Below, piece by piece: positions 1 through 14,495 of a stretch of 64,000 nt of DNA. The position numbers and the translations under genes are program-made. The stretch covers positions 30,752,001 through 30,816,000 of the forward strand of contig CM022679.1 of assembly GCA_012295275.1 (NCBI GenBank). Direction: 5' to 3'. Numbering within the stretch: the stretch's first letter is position 1; each line of letters opens with the position of its first letter. This DNA comes from Chrysomallon squamiferum (lineage: Eukaryota; Animalia; Mollusca). The notes below the pieces were generated by a model, which saw nothing but the letters and a program-made list of their open reading frames with translations, searched no databases and had not been told where the DNA came from.

Positions 1-877
1 GAAGGAGAATGAAAATAAAAAAAAAAGAGGAAAAGAAAACGAAAGTGTCGTTGATTGTGATTATGTCGACGATGAGGATGATTAGCTAAAGATAAATGCA
101 GTTGACGTGAAATGTAAAATCTATAAAAGAAAAAATGAAAATTTAAATGTAAAGGATGAACACAGAAATAACAAACAGCTGAAAAAATTAAAGAACTTTT
201 CAAAAAAAATAAATAAAAAACAGGAACAAAAAGTTTTTAATACCTTTCAATAATTTGTTTTAATCATTTGAAAATAAAACTGAATTCCTTTAATATCCAC
301 TTATAGCTATAGCAGCAGATGATGTGTTATTTTGTGTTTCACATTTCCTCTTTTATGTTTTTATGTTCGTGTATTACCATTCGATGTCAAATTTAATCGT
401 TTGTTGTTGTGAGTTATTATGTGTATCGATATTATCATTTGCTCTCCCGTATTGTAGTTCACTGTCGTATAATGTCTTCTATTATCGTACTTTTTCCATT
501 CTGTTTTGTTTTACTGTGCCCTGATATATATGTTGTGACGTCATATGTTGTACAACGATTTTTTTTCTTTGTTGTAGCGTGTTTTGAATTTTAAGTTTAA
601 ATATTTTGTGCAAAACAATTTAAGCATATTCAACCATAAAATATTACAATGTATATTACAAAACAATATTATCTGTTATGATCATTTTTATACAAAACAA
701 TATAAAAAATTATACAACGATGCCCATATTATGACGCAACGTCTTCCGATCAAATCGATACGATATCGATACATCCACGATATATCTTTATATATCAGGG
801 CACCGCAGATTCCAATACTATTCCCTGCTTGTTGTACTATCATATCAATTTAAAACAATCTTCAGGTTTTGTTACAG

Positions 878-1007
878 AAAAGGCGGGAAAACGTGTGCAA
901 GACTCTCGACCTGAAACTGGACGAGACGTCATACTCAGACATCATGCATCGTCTGGTCAAACGATATCTCTTCAAGTTAGAGCGAGCCAAGGACGAGAGA
1001 GATTCAA
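878..1007 (+). CDS. TRPC-like channel, third-last coding exon (C-terminal 'rib helix' region); gene begins upstream of the window
   Basis: Encodes KRRENVCKTLDLKLDETSYSDIMHRLVKRYLFKLERAKDERDS. YSDIMHRLVKRY resembles the TRPC motif Y-x-x-(I/V)M-(K/R)-x-L-(I/V)KRY. Acceptor ttacAG at 876-877 (an in-frame alternative AG gives a start at 866). Donor GTATGC at 1008, phase 1. Confidence 0.75.
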
Positions 1008-1015
1008 GTATGCGC

Positions 1016-1349
1016 TTATTTATTTATTTATTCATTTATTTATTTAGTTAGTTAGTTATTCGTTTGTTTGTTTGTTTCTTTCTTTCTTTCTTTCTATTTC
1101 TTTCTTTCTTCTTTCTTTCTTTCTTACTTTCTTTCTTTCTTACTATTTCTTTCTTTCTTCTTTCTTTCTTTCTGCTTTCCTTCCTTCTTTCTTTCTTTTT
1201 TATTTATTTATTCGTTTGTTTGTTTGTTTGTTTCTTTCTTTCTTTCTTCTTTCTCTTTTATTTCTTTCTTTCTTTCTTTCTTTCTTTATTTCTTTATTTA
1301 TTCGTTTGTTTGTTTGTTTGTTTATTTATTTATTTATTTATTTATTTAT
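1016..1349. repeat. Compound TTTA/TTTG/TTTC tetranucleotide microsatellite
   Basis: Directly visible, just downstream of the 1008 donor. Confidence 0.9.
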
Positions 1350-1445
1350 ATGCTACCGATATAACTAGAAAGGTAGAGTAATTAATGAATGGACAGATTG
1401 ATATATTTTGATAATTTCCTTTTATTTTTTATATTGTGCTTACAT

Positions 1446-1553
<108 letters not shown>

Positions 1554-1651
1554 GGTAACTTTCTTTCACACAATTATTATAAAAACAAACTGTATTAATT
1601 TTAAACTGTGTTAAACAAAACTCTGTTGAAATAATTGTTTTTCTAATTAAG

Positions 1652-1795
1652 TAAAAGACAGCATGGCTGGTATTGGAGTACAGGAGATAGAGGTGCTAGA
1701 CATGGCTCCAGACATGCCCCCGCCTCCTGTTCCCGATGCTAACCGAATTCCGTACGCCACGCCACCAATTCCAGAAGAAGATGAATCCAAACTAG
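1652..1795 (+). CDS. TRPC-like channel, penultimate coding exon (proline-rich linker)
   Basis: GC-richer island, phase 1 in and phase 1 out, encoding (I)KDSMAGIGVQEIEVLDMAPDMPPPPVPDANRIPYATPPIPEEDESKL(G). Strong donor G|GTGAGT at 1796. The acceptor is an AAG, and a start at 1652 or 1658 both keep frame. Confidence 0.75.
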
Positions 1796-1898
1796 GTGAG
1801 TACGAGTTGTCTTTCTGAGTCCTGTAGCAAAAATATATATACAAACTTGGAGCATTTTGTGGTAGCTTTTATTACTGTTGATGTTATTGTTGTTGTTG

Positions 1899-1969
<71 letters not shown>

Positions 1970-2467
1970 TTTATTTTATTTTATTATTATTTTTTCATTA
2001 GTAAAATTATATAGTATAGTAGTATTTTTTGTTTTATTTATTTATAAAATTTATTTATTGTTACTTTTTTTTCAAAAATGATATAGTATGGAAACATTAT
2101 TAAAATTTTCAACTGTTTTAATGAAGTAAAATAAAATTTTCAAATTTAAGTAATTTTATAATTTAGGTTTAGATGTTTAATGTACATATCTTCCATGTTT
2201 TATCATGCAATATAAACCATCTGTTTTTATTTAGTTATTAAGACGAATACCACCAATATTATCACGATGATTATTGTTTATTATTTTCATTGTTATTATT
2301 GTCGTTGTTGTTGCGGGTTTTTGTTGGGGTCTTTTTTTTTTTTTTGTTGTTGATGATGATGTTATTTTGTTAACAGACTAACATTACGATAATTAAACTC
2401 CGTCAGAATTAAGGAGGGGTTAAAAAAAATCAGTTAATACTGTCTACAAATTATTTCTTTACCACAG

Positions 2468-2910
2468 GTCGATCCGGCGGCCACGTCAGCCGCAGAAAAA
2501 CGGCATCGAAATCGAGCGCGCGCCGAACGTCCATGTCGAACGTTCCCGTGGCAACGACGTTGTCGATACCGCAGCTCGACGCCATACAGCGGTCGCAGAA
2601 GCTGCTGGACGTCCGCCTGCAGCATCTCCAGGCCAGCAGCAAAGAAAACAACCGCATCCAGGACGACGTCGAGTTCATTCGCAAGCTGATGACGGAGAAC
2701 CAGAAAGCGCTGTGCAACGTCGTGCAGGCGTTGTCCAACATTCAGGGAGAAATTGTAAACTTGGCTCAGTGTCTGAAGCCCACGCCTCCGCCGTCTGCTC
2801 CCAAACAGCAGCAGTCGAATGCGATTCCGAACGCACATTCTAACGCAGTGGGGAGCTTTAAAGGGTCGATGAAGAAAAAGCCAAATGACGACAGTGAGAG
2901 TAAAGTTTGA
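2468..2910 (+). CDS. TRPC-like channel, terminal coding exon (coiled coil and PDZ-type tail)
   Basis: Acceptor tttctttaccacAG at 2466-2467. Phase 1 joins the previous exon into the frame of ORF 2533-2910. GC-rich codon usage, heptad-like LDAIQRSQKLLDVRLQHLQ...IQDDVEFIRKLM, ends SESKV then TGA. Confidence 0.8.
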
Positions 2911-3253
2911 TATATACGAGAGAGAGAGAAAAAAATATATAAAAAATGTCTTTTTGAGGAAAATAATAATAATAATAAAAAGAAATGTTGTGAAGAATTA
3001 ATATAAAATTCTGAAAAAGGAATATTTACGGAAGGAAAAAAAAAAATATATATATATTGTTTTTCCGAGTTAAAAGACGATGGAGAAAAAAGAAAAAAGA
3101 AAAAAGAAAAAAACAGAAAAGAATGGAGAGGTTTAAAATTGAAGAATGTGGAAATGTTGCAGTCGACCGAAAGATATAAAAAAAAAAATAGAAGAAAGAA
3201 AGACGGAAATACGTTTGGACAGTTATTTTGTCATGGAAAATGATCGTGGATAT

Positions 3254-3288
<35 letters not shown>

Positions 3289-3715
3289 TTCATGTTGAAC
3301 TGATTTCAGATATAATTGTTGTTGGTCGTTTGGAAAATGGCATCTCAAAGTTCGAAAAGTTGAAGAGTACACAAGGGAGATAACTCTCGAAAGCCTTTCC
3401 GATTTCTGTGGAATTAAAAGGAATAAGTTGTGTAGTGAAATCAGATTAAATGGCTTACCTCAGAATTCGCGACAAAATTAAAAATTATGCATTCTTAAAG
3501 CGGAAATAACAAAAATTCTGACAGAAGAATTATTATATTTACGACTTTGATTTGAAGTGCAGGCGCTTCAGTACATTGATTCTAAAAATATCATAATAAT
3601 ATTTACTGCACGACTGACTGGTATTCATGCACCGTTGTATTTCGTCTTATTCCACTTTCACTTTCAATGCGTTTTCTTTTCTTTCTATTTTTCTTTGTCG
3701 TTGTTTCTTTGTTTA

Positions 3716-3767
<52 letters not shown>

Positions 3768-6156
3768 GATCTTTTCTTTTTTCTTTTTTAAAAATAATTT
3801 AATGTTTATTTAAATTTTTTATGGACCTATTGCAATTACTTTATTACTTTTATCTGTTTTACACGATTACCCTGTTTTAATCTATGAAATGGGAATTAAT
3901 ATTTATAGAAATATTCCAGATACAAATGTAAAAATGTAGGCGATATTAATGAAAAGGTATTTATGATCAAACTACAAAAGTAAATTAAGATTTGTCACTA
4001 CAAAAGTAAATTCATTAATACCTGCCTTCTTTGATCTGGAAATTTGAATAATTTTAAATTATTTCTCTATATTTTGTATTTAAATGGACATCAGACGATA
4101 TTTTTAATAATAATAATAATAATAGCAGCAGCAGCAGCAACAACAAGAAAATCCATAAATTGAAAAAGGTTTACATAGAGAATTCCAGTATAAATGTAAA
4201 TATAACATTTATAAACGTCATTTTGTGCCAAGGGATAACTAACTACCTATTAATTAAATCCACTAAAAAAATATATAATATACATTGCTAAGTTGTTGTT
4301 TTTTTACAGTATTTCTGAATGTAAATTACAAATAAAAAGTTACTGGTACGAAACTAAATTATTTAATACTTTTTTTGTGGTTTTTTCTGACTCAATTCTG
4401 TTACATTTCGTGAGTTTCTGTAATTGCATAGGTTAAACTAATGCAGTTGAGTTTGGATTTATGAAAGTTTGCAGATAAATCTGAACTAAATCAGATTAAC
4501 TCGTCTGAAAGTATGAAAAACAGTCTACATGTAAGATATAATTATGAGATGTCTGACACCGTAACCATGGTAATATGTTTCTTTCCAAATACGAGTCGAC
4601 ATCAACTTCCACACAAAAAATATATTCAGGTTTATTTTTAAAAGATAATAATTTTTAAGCTGGTACAAGCATGTTCTGTGATACTATAATACGTGTTCTA
4701 CTATGTGTATGACGTCGACAACGCTGACTTATGCGGAAAATGTTGAGCATTGGCTTTATCTTCGCACGCTGAACATTTTTGATTGAACGAGATCATTTAT
4801 TGCTTTAACATGCTTCGGAAATCGAGACCATGTGTTAGAAATTTCAAAATGGCGGCTTTTAACGCTTAGCAGCTAAAATAAAGGTAATTTTAAACAAGTA
4901 AAATTATTTATCCTTAACTTAGAGCACTATCATTATTTCAATTGTTTTATTTGTTTACTTACATGCTTATTAATCTGTTCTTATATATTGGTATACTGCA
5001 TGCTTCTTTGTGGTGATTATCACGGTGTGCAATGCTGTTCTTTTGTCTTTATTTTTTTTAATTAATTAATTTTATTTTTTATTATTATTAATATTATTAT
5101 TTTTACTCGTGTCAATTTTTCATAACTGTACAATTATATTGTATTTAATAACTAAAAATTTCTTAAAATACAAATTATAATTACCATAATAAACCACTCA
5201 ATTGTATATTATTTTAAAAAAAATACAACATGCACTCTCTGTTCGATGAAGATTTCTAAATGATTATCGCGGAAGAACAAAAGAAGGTAATCTCCGATTA
5301 AATTATACGCTAATCTTTCGTGATACCGAGAGGAACTGATCCCCAGCAAGTATCACATTTCAGGCGGTTGCACCATGAAATAAAATTTAGAATTTGGCAT
5401 AAGTTTTCTTCTGTAGTCTCGATACTAAACAAAAATAACTGTTGAAAACTAAATATATAATGTGTTCTAATAAAAAAAATGAATATACAGTTCGTCCCGA
5501 AATACGTTGTATAATGATCATGATGATTATGATTGTAATAGTTTTCTGACGTAATCAACTCTGCACGCGGTTACGTCGTTAGACTGAAAAAGTGACGCAT
5601 AATGACGTCATGATATTGTTCTATCATCGGTTTGAAATAGAACAATCAAGGCATTACTGTTGCTACTTTCAAATTATGGATCGTAGTGACGTGATTGTAT
5701 TGTGGTTCTGAAGTAACTGATTTCTTTCCAAGATTTGAATAAGACATTGCTGTTGCTACTTTCGGTAACAAATAGTAAGTCCCATATTATAAAACAAAAG
5801 CAGTCTTTATTCATATAATTAAGAACTGAAATAAATGAATAAATAAATAAATAAATAAAATATTTATGTGTATGTGTTTTCCCCGATTTTACAAATTTCA
5901 GAGATTTTTGAAACATGAGGAATGTAATGCCTCAAATTCAGATTGTTCTTTTATGTAAATTATATTTTTCTCACAGTAATTACACATGTCATGCTATTAC
6001 TGTTTATTATATGTGTCGCATTTTGTAACATATTTAACTTTTAAAGAGTACCTCTTGTAGTAACAATAAAGATAATAATTTTCAAAAATCTCGTTTGGTG
6101 TAGATGAAAAGCCAATAATAAATAAATTTTATTTGTTTCAATTTCACTTTTTTTTT

Positions 6157-6196
<40 letters not shown>

Positions 6197-8649
6197 CATT
6201 GTTTTTAAAAGATCTGTAAATAATGTCTAGAAAACCAATAATATACTGCATTGCCATAATATGGTCTTACTTTATTGTTACTAAAGTTTGGGTGTATCTT
6301 CACCAAGATTTATTTAATGTATTTAGGTTATAAATTTTCACCAGCACAGGTGCTCTTTAAGTATAATTTTTTTGCTCTTGCTACTGAAAATATAAGTTTA
6401 TTGTTGCTACTAAAAGTAATGTTTTGATTGTGATTGTGTTTTCAGGTGGAAATATTTCTTATAGGCACAAACAGCTGAGAGCTTTAAAATACATATTTTC
6501 CTATACTCGTCAAAATAATTTAGGGAACAAGTTATTCGGCTTAAGAGATTCTAACCTGATGAAATTACAGATTAAATATTGGAAAAAAAAAAAAAAAAAA
6601 AAAAAAAACTAAAATGTATAGCATTTTTACAAACTAGTATACTGACTAAAAGTCTGTCATATGTCTCTAATATATTAAGCAAACGTTCATTCTGTTAGTA
6701 TTGAAAATTTAGAAATCATTTGCTATTTGCCCAAGATCCAAATATACCATATGGTATAACCTGTATTATATTACATACTGTATATCTAACATTGATACTA
6801 GCTGCCAGAGTTATTGCATGTCAAACAGAGCTGTGGGTGATAAACTGAATTATATTTAGGCCTCAGGAAGTTAAGTACAATGACAAACACTTTGCACGTT
6901 ACAAATTTCAAAAATATTGTTCCTTAAATTGTTTTGAAGAGTATACATTATATTCATTACAGTACCTGTTGTTATTCTGTATTATAGATATTAATGTTTT
7001 CGAAGTTACCTCTTGTAAATTGAGTTTTCTTGTTACTCGTTAGTAATAGTCTCTGGTTTCTGTTGTTAATGTTTTTTAAAGGTATTTCTTGTTAGAGCAG
7101 TTGTTACTGATAGTAGAGTATGTTTGTTTGTTTAAGTATTGTATTTTCATATGAACTAAATTAGCTACATTTGTTGCATCATATTGTTAATATCCTCCAT
7201 TTTCAATGTGATTTATAATCTCTTTTTTTTTTTTCCTTCTTTTTTTCTGTGTTTTTTTACCTGTGATAAAGCCGGTGTTGTGACGTTTTTAAAGATTTAC
7301 CGGCTGCGTTAATATCACGTGATGTTTGGGTTATCACGTGACTGGGTTGTATGAATGTTTTCGAAAAAATGTGATATGTAAGATTATATTATGCAAAAAT
7401 GAAAAAACAAAAAATAACAAGAAAGAAAAAAAATTAAATATCTCATTTTAAAAATAAAAAGAGGTCATGTTCCTTCAAACAAAAATACATAAATTTATAA
7501 TTGACAACATAGTCCCTTTTCGGTATGTGACTCGGCAAAACCCGTGCGCTTTAACGAAGTTTGCGGAAATACCCGAAGCATAATGTTTTCTTTTGTGATA
7601 CATTACAAACTAGTGAGTTTATTTTCATACGTCTTACATACTCACTCATACGTAATTATTATCCATTATGTCACAATATAGTCATTATTTCTATAATTAA
7701 TAGCATATTTTTGTCTTCTGTAGTTTCACATCGATGTTTATTTTCCGGACATTGTATAAGATTTTGTTGTTTTTTCGGCCAGAAGGGATTGTCAGCATGA
7801 AATGTAATTACTAATAATGACGTAAGATACTTTTTTTTCTCAAGTTTAAACATATGAATCCTTCGGTTTGGAAACAAAACGAAGATACTGCAGAAATGGG
7901 CTGCAGTTATTTCTACGGTAATTTAACTGCTATCATTTAAGGTATTATTTATATTCCACTGGCCAAATTTCCGTTTGTTTCAGAATTTTTAAATTTTTTA
8001 ATTTTTTTTTTTTTTTTTTTTTGTCATGAGTGACTAAACACGAAAGAGATGACAAAAATGATTTTATGAAAGCATATATTTTGAAACTAATATCGTCAAA
8101 AATGTTCATCAAAAATCTTATAATTATTATTTTTATTATTATTAATTTTCTATTTCTATGATTATTATTATTTTTCTAAAAATAATAATTGTTTTTTTTT
8201 TTTTTTTTTTTTTTTTATAATGTCGACATGCATAATTTCTTTTTTAATTCACACCATAAATGAATATAAATCAAAATGTGGGTGGGGAAGTGTTTAAAAG
8301 GTTAAAAAGGAAGCCGGATTCATTGGCCAAAAAAAAATAAAAATGTTTGAATTAAAATAATTCATGAAGAGTGTACGAAGGTAGCTGGAAAAAAACACAT
8401 TTGATTTACTGTCAATATCAGATTGTAGTGCCTTCAACATGTAATTATCAAACAATTCTTTTTGTTCCCATAAAGAAAATACGTTTTCAGCAATACACTT
8501 ACTTATTCTTTGTCCTGTACGTATTTTACCGATTGTTTTACTTTCATATTTTATTTTTCTATATTTATCTATTAATTATTTCAAATTATTATTTCTTTGT
8601 TTTATTAATTTGTATTATTATTTTTTACATGTTTATCTTTCCATGTACT

Positions 8650-8755
<106 letters not shown>

Positions 8756-10559
8756 ATATATCTTTTACTTTCTCTCTGTCTTCTGGTTTGAATCTGTCAA
8801 TTTTTTCTCATTTCTTGTATATTTTATCTTCTGTTTATTACCTCATCCAAACGTTTTTTATTTCTTTCTTTTTAATATTTTTCTTTCTTTCTGTTGTTAT
8901 TTTATAAAGTATTAAGTAATGTAAACTTGACATGACGTTGTTTGTGATTTCAATAACAATAAACATTCACAAACAACAAAGTTTTTGAAAGTTTCAGTAA
9001 TAAATAAACTTCTTTATGCATACTGTGTGTTTCAGTTCTCTTTTGTCAGTTGTTTGATTAATTAAACAATTATGAGCGAAATAATAATGATGAGAGAAAA
9101 GTGGAAAACGACAATGAACCTGTGACTGAATAAATGAATGAATGAATGAATGAGCGAATGAATGAATGAATAAATGAATGAATGAATTAACTATACGTTC
9201 CCGTGACAAGTACTGCTTCAGCCAGTGCAGTTTACATTTTACACAGAAAATCAAATATAGATAAAAACAAATCAAAATCAATACACCAGCTGATTCAAAA
9301 AATAAAAATAAATTAAATTAAATTAAATTTAAAAAAACGAAAGCAAAAAAGAAATTATAATAATAATAATTACTAACTAATTAACTAACTAACTAACTAA
9401 TTAACTAACTAACTAACTAAATAAATAAACTATTGATACTGAATGTGTGAATAGAAATTATGCTATTAAATAATACTACTGTCAATACTGACATATAACT
9501 GCAACAGCTATTGCTCTTACGACTGTTAATTCTATCACACTTATTACTACTGCTGCTACTACTACTACTCTTTCTACTGCTAATGTTGCTGCTGCTACTA
9601 TTTCTACTACTACTTCCATTACTACTACCACTACTACTGCTAATACTACTACTGCTACTATTATTACTATTACTATTATTATTTATTTATTCGTTCATTC
9701 ATTCATCTGTTAATACTTTATAAGTGTCTTTGATTTAAAAGAAAAATTCAAATCACTGAATACCGTACTTGGTAAAATTAATTTTAATTCGTGGTACTGA
9801 TGTATATAAATATATAAATATCAGTATCATGAATTTAAAAAAATATATACACTTTTTAACAATTTCTGCAAATGCATCATGACAAGGGAAATAAGTTTGG
9901 AAAAATTATTTCATGGCAAAATTCTAATTTATTAGCTCCCTTGAATAAGCTAAACGTCTTCAAAGAAGAAAATTGTATTTGTTTTGTTAAAATTTTAATG
10001 TCTACATTTTATGTTATAAAAAAGTAAATAAATAATTTAACTATATTATGCATATATTAAAATTTATGATTTATTTGTCTTAAATAAAAAAATCTAATTA
10101 ATTACAACAATAAAAAGCAATAGAAAGAACTTTGCGATATTAGTACAGCAAAATTAATTTTATTTTATTTATTTATTTTTTTTTATTTTTTTTTTTTTTT
10201 TTTGTAAATGCGAGGACTGATATCTTTCAAAGCAAGTGGTAAAACAAAAAAAATGTTTCTACTGAAATTTCAAAATCTGAAATTTTCAATTTTTGGCGTT
10301 TACGATTTTCAAATCAAACTTGATATTTTACTCTGTGTAATAACTGATATTAAATAGTGATCAGCTGTAGTGTATATGTTTTTTATTTAATATTTCCAAA
10401 TATATTGTCCTTTTATTTGTCATAATGGTGGAATGTATTTAATCGTTAAACAAAATAACTTTTATTTCAAAATACTTTTTCCTTTTATGAATTAATACAG
10501 TCTGGATCTTTTTCAGATTATTAATATATTATCAATTTGTTGGTTGTTGTTTTTTTTGT

Positions 10560-10607
<48 letters not shown>

Positions 10608-12036
10608 TAGATATGTTTGTATTCATTCGTTCGTTCAATAATGAAAGCATGATTAATTTAATAGACATTTTTTAGTTCAGTCAAAATGACACAATATCTC
10701 ATATTGTCAAAAGTTGTCTCTATTTTATAATTATGTGAAGTAAACCATTTACTTGTCAGTCAGTTACAATTATTATAAAGTGTTGCTAAATACTGATTTT
10801 TTATTATTAAAAACAAACACGTATTTAGGTTATAATATCTTTATTGCTAAAATTGTTTTCTAATAACCTTTATTTGCTATCCACCCAAGAAATTTGATAA
10901 ATGTTGATATCTTTAGGTAATATAATGATACGATGTTTGTAACTAATATGATGAATGTTGATATCCACAAGTAACATGATGATGATATTTGACGACTGCC
11001 GGCTTTTGTGGAGTAGTGATACAGAGTGGATATGTTTTTGTTTTTTTTGTTGATGTTGTTTTAATTTCATGACTGTTGAGATCTGGTCACTACCTGATAA
11101 AGATTGATATTTGAACAAGTAATGCTATTCTGTTGATATCTATAAATAATTTGATGAATATTGATATTTCTAAGAAACATGGCTTGATGAATATCTGTAA
11201 GTAATCTGATGAATACTGATACACAAGTCGAGGGAAATACAGACATTTTCAGTTGCAAACATCAAACGTCTTAAAATGAGATTTAAATAAACAAAAAAAT
11301 ATTAAAGTTCTAGAATATGTGTCGTATTTGATCCAATACTAAACATAAGGGATAAGGAGAAAAATAAATATGACAAACGTGTTCCGGAACAGGATAACCA
11401 GTGGGATGTCGCGCAATGTAGTTTTGAATTACAGTCTATTAATACAGAGAAAACAGTTTTGCGAAAAGACCTAATTCTTTGATACGAAATCTGAAATTAT
11501 TCTGGAAGTTTTAATCCGATTTTGATAATTCAAAAAATATTTTGATCTGTCGAATGTGGTTATCTTATTCCGCCACACAAACGTAAAATAAATTATATGT
11601 TTCTAAATAATTTTGGAAAATCATAATGACTGTCTTATTTAATTTGAACTCGTCATAACCTATATTATTTCTTTCATTTATGATAACAGATATATATATA
11701 TAATTATGTCATATAGCCTGTCACATATCACATTACGTCATATCACATGACATGTTATATATCATATATATCATATATGTCAAATAATCTAATTTTGTTA
11801 CAGAATAACGTTATGAAATAAAGTAAACTGAAAACAAAACAATTAAGACACTTCTGTTTTTCACAGATAGAAATTAGAAGTTCTGATTAGTCTCCAAATG
11901 ATGACTTCGTTTATTATATTATAAATTATATTTTGATATTATGATGTTCTTATAATTATACGATGAAATACATAAAGTATAATCACCCAAATAAAACTAA
12001 TAAACTATTTACTGTGAATAGAAAAAAAATAAAAAA

Positions 12037-12073
<37 letters not shown>

Positions 12074-14165
12074 GATAATGATAATATAATTTTATGCTCG
12101 TTTTCGTATTGTGAATTTTTAAGTAAAATACTTTTTTTTCTACTTCTTCTTTCATTGTTCTTCTGACATTTGTATCTTTCTTCTTATTATTTGTATTTTT
12201 TTTTCTGTAAAATGAATATTTTCCAGTTTTTCTCTTTTTAAAAATCACTGTAAGAATCGATAATTTCAGAATAACGAAAATTAGATGAAATTAGATAACT
12301 GAAAGACTATAAATTAATCATAATCAAAAAAAAAAAAAAAAAAAATGGAAATTTCTAATATTTATAGAAATTGTTATTGATTCTAAAATACGATAAAGAG
12401 GACAGATACTTGACTAGTAAACATATTTATCACAGTTCACATTCTAAAAATATCACTATTGTAATTCCGAATTATATAATCATACTATTATAATATTATA
12501 TATATTATAATATAGATATATGATTCATTTTCACGCTAAATACATTTTACGTCAAAATATTTTTTACACTACTGAGATCTCACATAAAAACATTTTCACA
12601 TTTTCGCACAACATTTTGAAAGTAAAACATCTTTCACACATCCTCACAGACCATTATTACCACTTAAACATTTTCAAATTATATAACAATATTTTCATGT
12701 TTTATTTTCACACCTAAAATACTTTAGTACTAAACCGGCTAAGCTATAACATTTTCGTATTACTATTTTTCAATCTGAAATATTTCCAGTCTACAATAGA
12801 TTCACAATACTGTTTTATAATAAACATTTCCACGTTATTATTTCCATTCTAAAAACACACTGCCACACTTTTATTATGTGCTAAAACATTTCCACATTTC
12901 TATTTATTTCTTAACCATTACTATTCCACATTAAATGATTTCCACACATCAAGTTAACTAACCATTACTGTAACGTATTGACTGTGTAATAATTACATCA
13001 CTATCTGATGCTAAATATAACTTCTTTGTATACACATATTTTTACGTACATACTCATATCAGTATTATTCGCAATTAATTGATATGGAATGAACTGCTAA
13101 AATAAATGTCACGCATCCAACATCAGTAAATATCGTCCATTTGAATACATCCATTATCTAGTATTTTTATACCATCTCATGTAGTTCATGTAGTTAATAG
13201 AACTGCTGCTAAATTATATTGCCAGCAGAAGACTATTTGTAAGGGCGGGTCCACAAACCTCACCCCCCACACACATGCGTGGTACGCCCATACTGCTCGA
13301 CAAGGGTGAATATTGGTATTTTTATATTCAAATATTTGATTTAGCAAACTATATTAGTAAATTAATTTAAAATATTGAATAAAATGTATATCAAAACTAA
13401 TTTAGTTAAAATATATGCATGCTAAGTATTCTTATACTGAAATGCATGTTAATAATTATCATTCAAATGAAAAAAAAAAAAAATCATTATAGTATGAAAC
13501 CTGGATAATAATATCCGTAAATATATATGGTGTTCTAAAATTTTATAATTATTCATAATTTATTTTATTTTTTTTTTTTTTAAATTAAACAATTATAACA
13601 ATTTTTTATATTTCTAATCTAGACACTTTTGTTTAGATTGATTCAGTAAGCAGCCTAGTTAAAATAATTTAATTAATATGTTCCAGCTTCAGAAAACGAT
13701 TTTAATATATTTTAATATATACAAGATATAAGTTATAAATCTTAAAAATTATACCGTATTATTAAGCTACAAACGTTCTTCTAAAATAGCACAAGTATAT
13801 CATAATTAAACGTAAATTAAATAATATATTTATAAATGGTTGCAGTGGCAAATTAATGCATGTACTTATCAACTATTAAATGAATAAAATTAGGACAGTA
13901 TCAAATATCTTTGGTTTCATGAAATATATATATATGTGTGTGTATAAACAAAATGTTAATCAATAATGATATCTGTTATTAATAAACAATTTATCAAGGC
14001 TAGTAAATGATAATTTATAGTAACCATGTAACCATCAGAACTTTGTAACCAATATCGATGTACGGCATTTTAAGTAAATGACTAGTTAAAAGGGTTTGAT
14101 GGCTTTGTGACCTTTTCTATAGGACAATAAATACTTAGTTGTAATTAGAACAGATATCTTCAAAA

Positions 14166-14208
<43 letters not shown>

Positions 14209-14235
14209 GTAGATAGATAGATGTTGCAATAATAC

Positions 14236-14495
14236 CATCTCACATTTAAATAAGATAACATCTTAGTTGTTTATATCTCACATTTAGCTATAGCTTCTCA
14301 CTTTTGACTATACCGTTTTACTGTAGACTATGACTCATTGATGCGGAGATGTCATCTCACAAGTGGCTATTGTTTGACATCTCACTGTTGCCTGTGGTAC
14401 TTTATCTCACAGCGAATGTGAGATGTCATCTCACAACTGGCTTTTAAATCATCTCACAACTGCCTATAAACCTGATATCTCACAGTTGCCAATGA
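14236..14495. repeat. Degenerate ATCTCAC-core repeat downstream of the SLC5A7 stop
   Basis: ATCTCAC recurs every ~25-35 nt, and GAGATGTCATCTCACAA is present at 14346 and 14420. Confidence 0.7.

Noticed and set aside
2542-2555. X-box-like GTTCCCGTGGCAAC
   Set aside because: Lies within coding sequence (VPVAT) and is explained by codon constraints.
2434-2838. Minus-strand ORFs of 134 and 96 aa
   Set aside because: Antisense shadows of the GC-rich terminal exon of the TRPC-like gene.
6110-6194. AATAAA followed by a ~32-nt A tract, suggesting a retrocopy tail
   Set aside because: Long A/T runs are common throughout the window, with no target-site duplication or recognisable parent. It could still be near a real polyadenylation site but cannot be supported.
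13240-13310. GC-rich patch ending GTGGTACGCCCAT, resembling a MITE terminus
   Set aside because: No matching second terminal repeat was found; too short to call.
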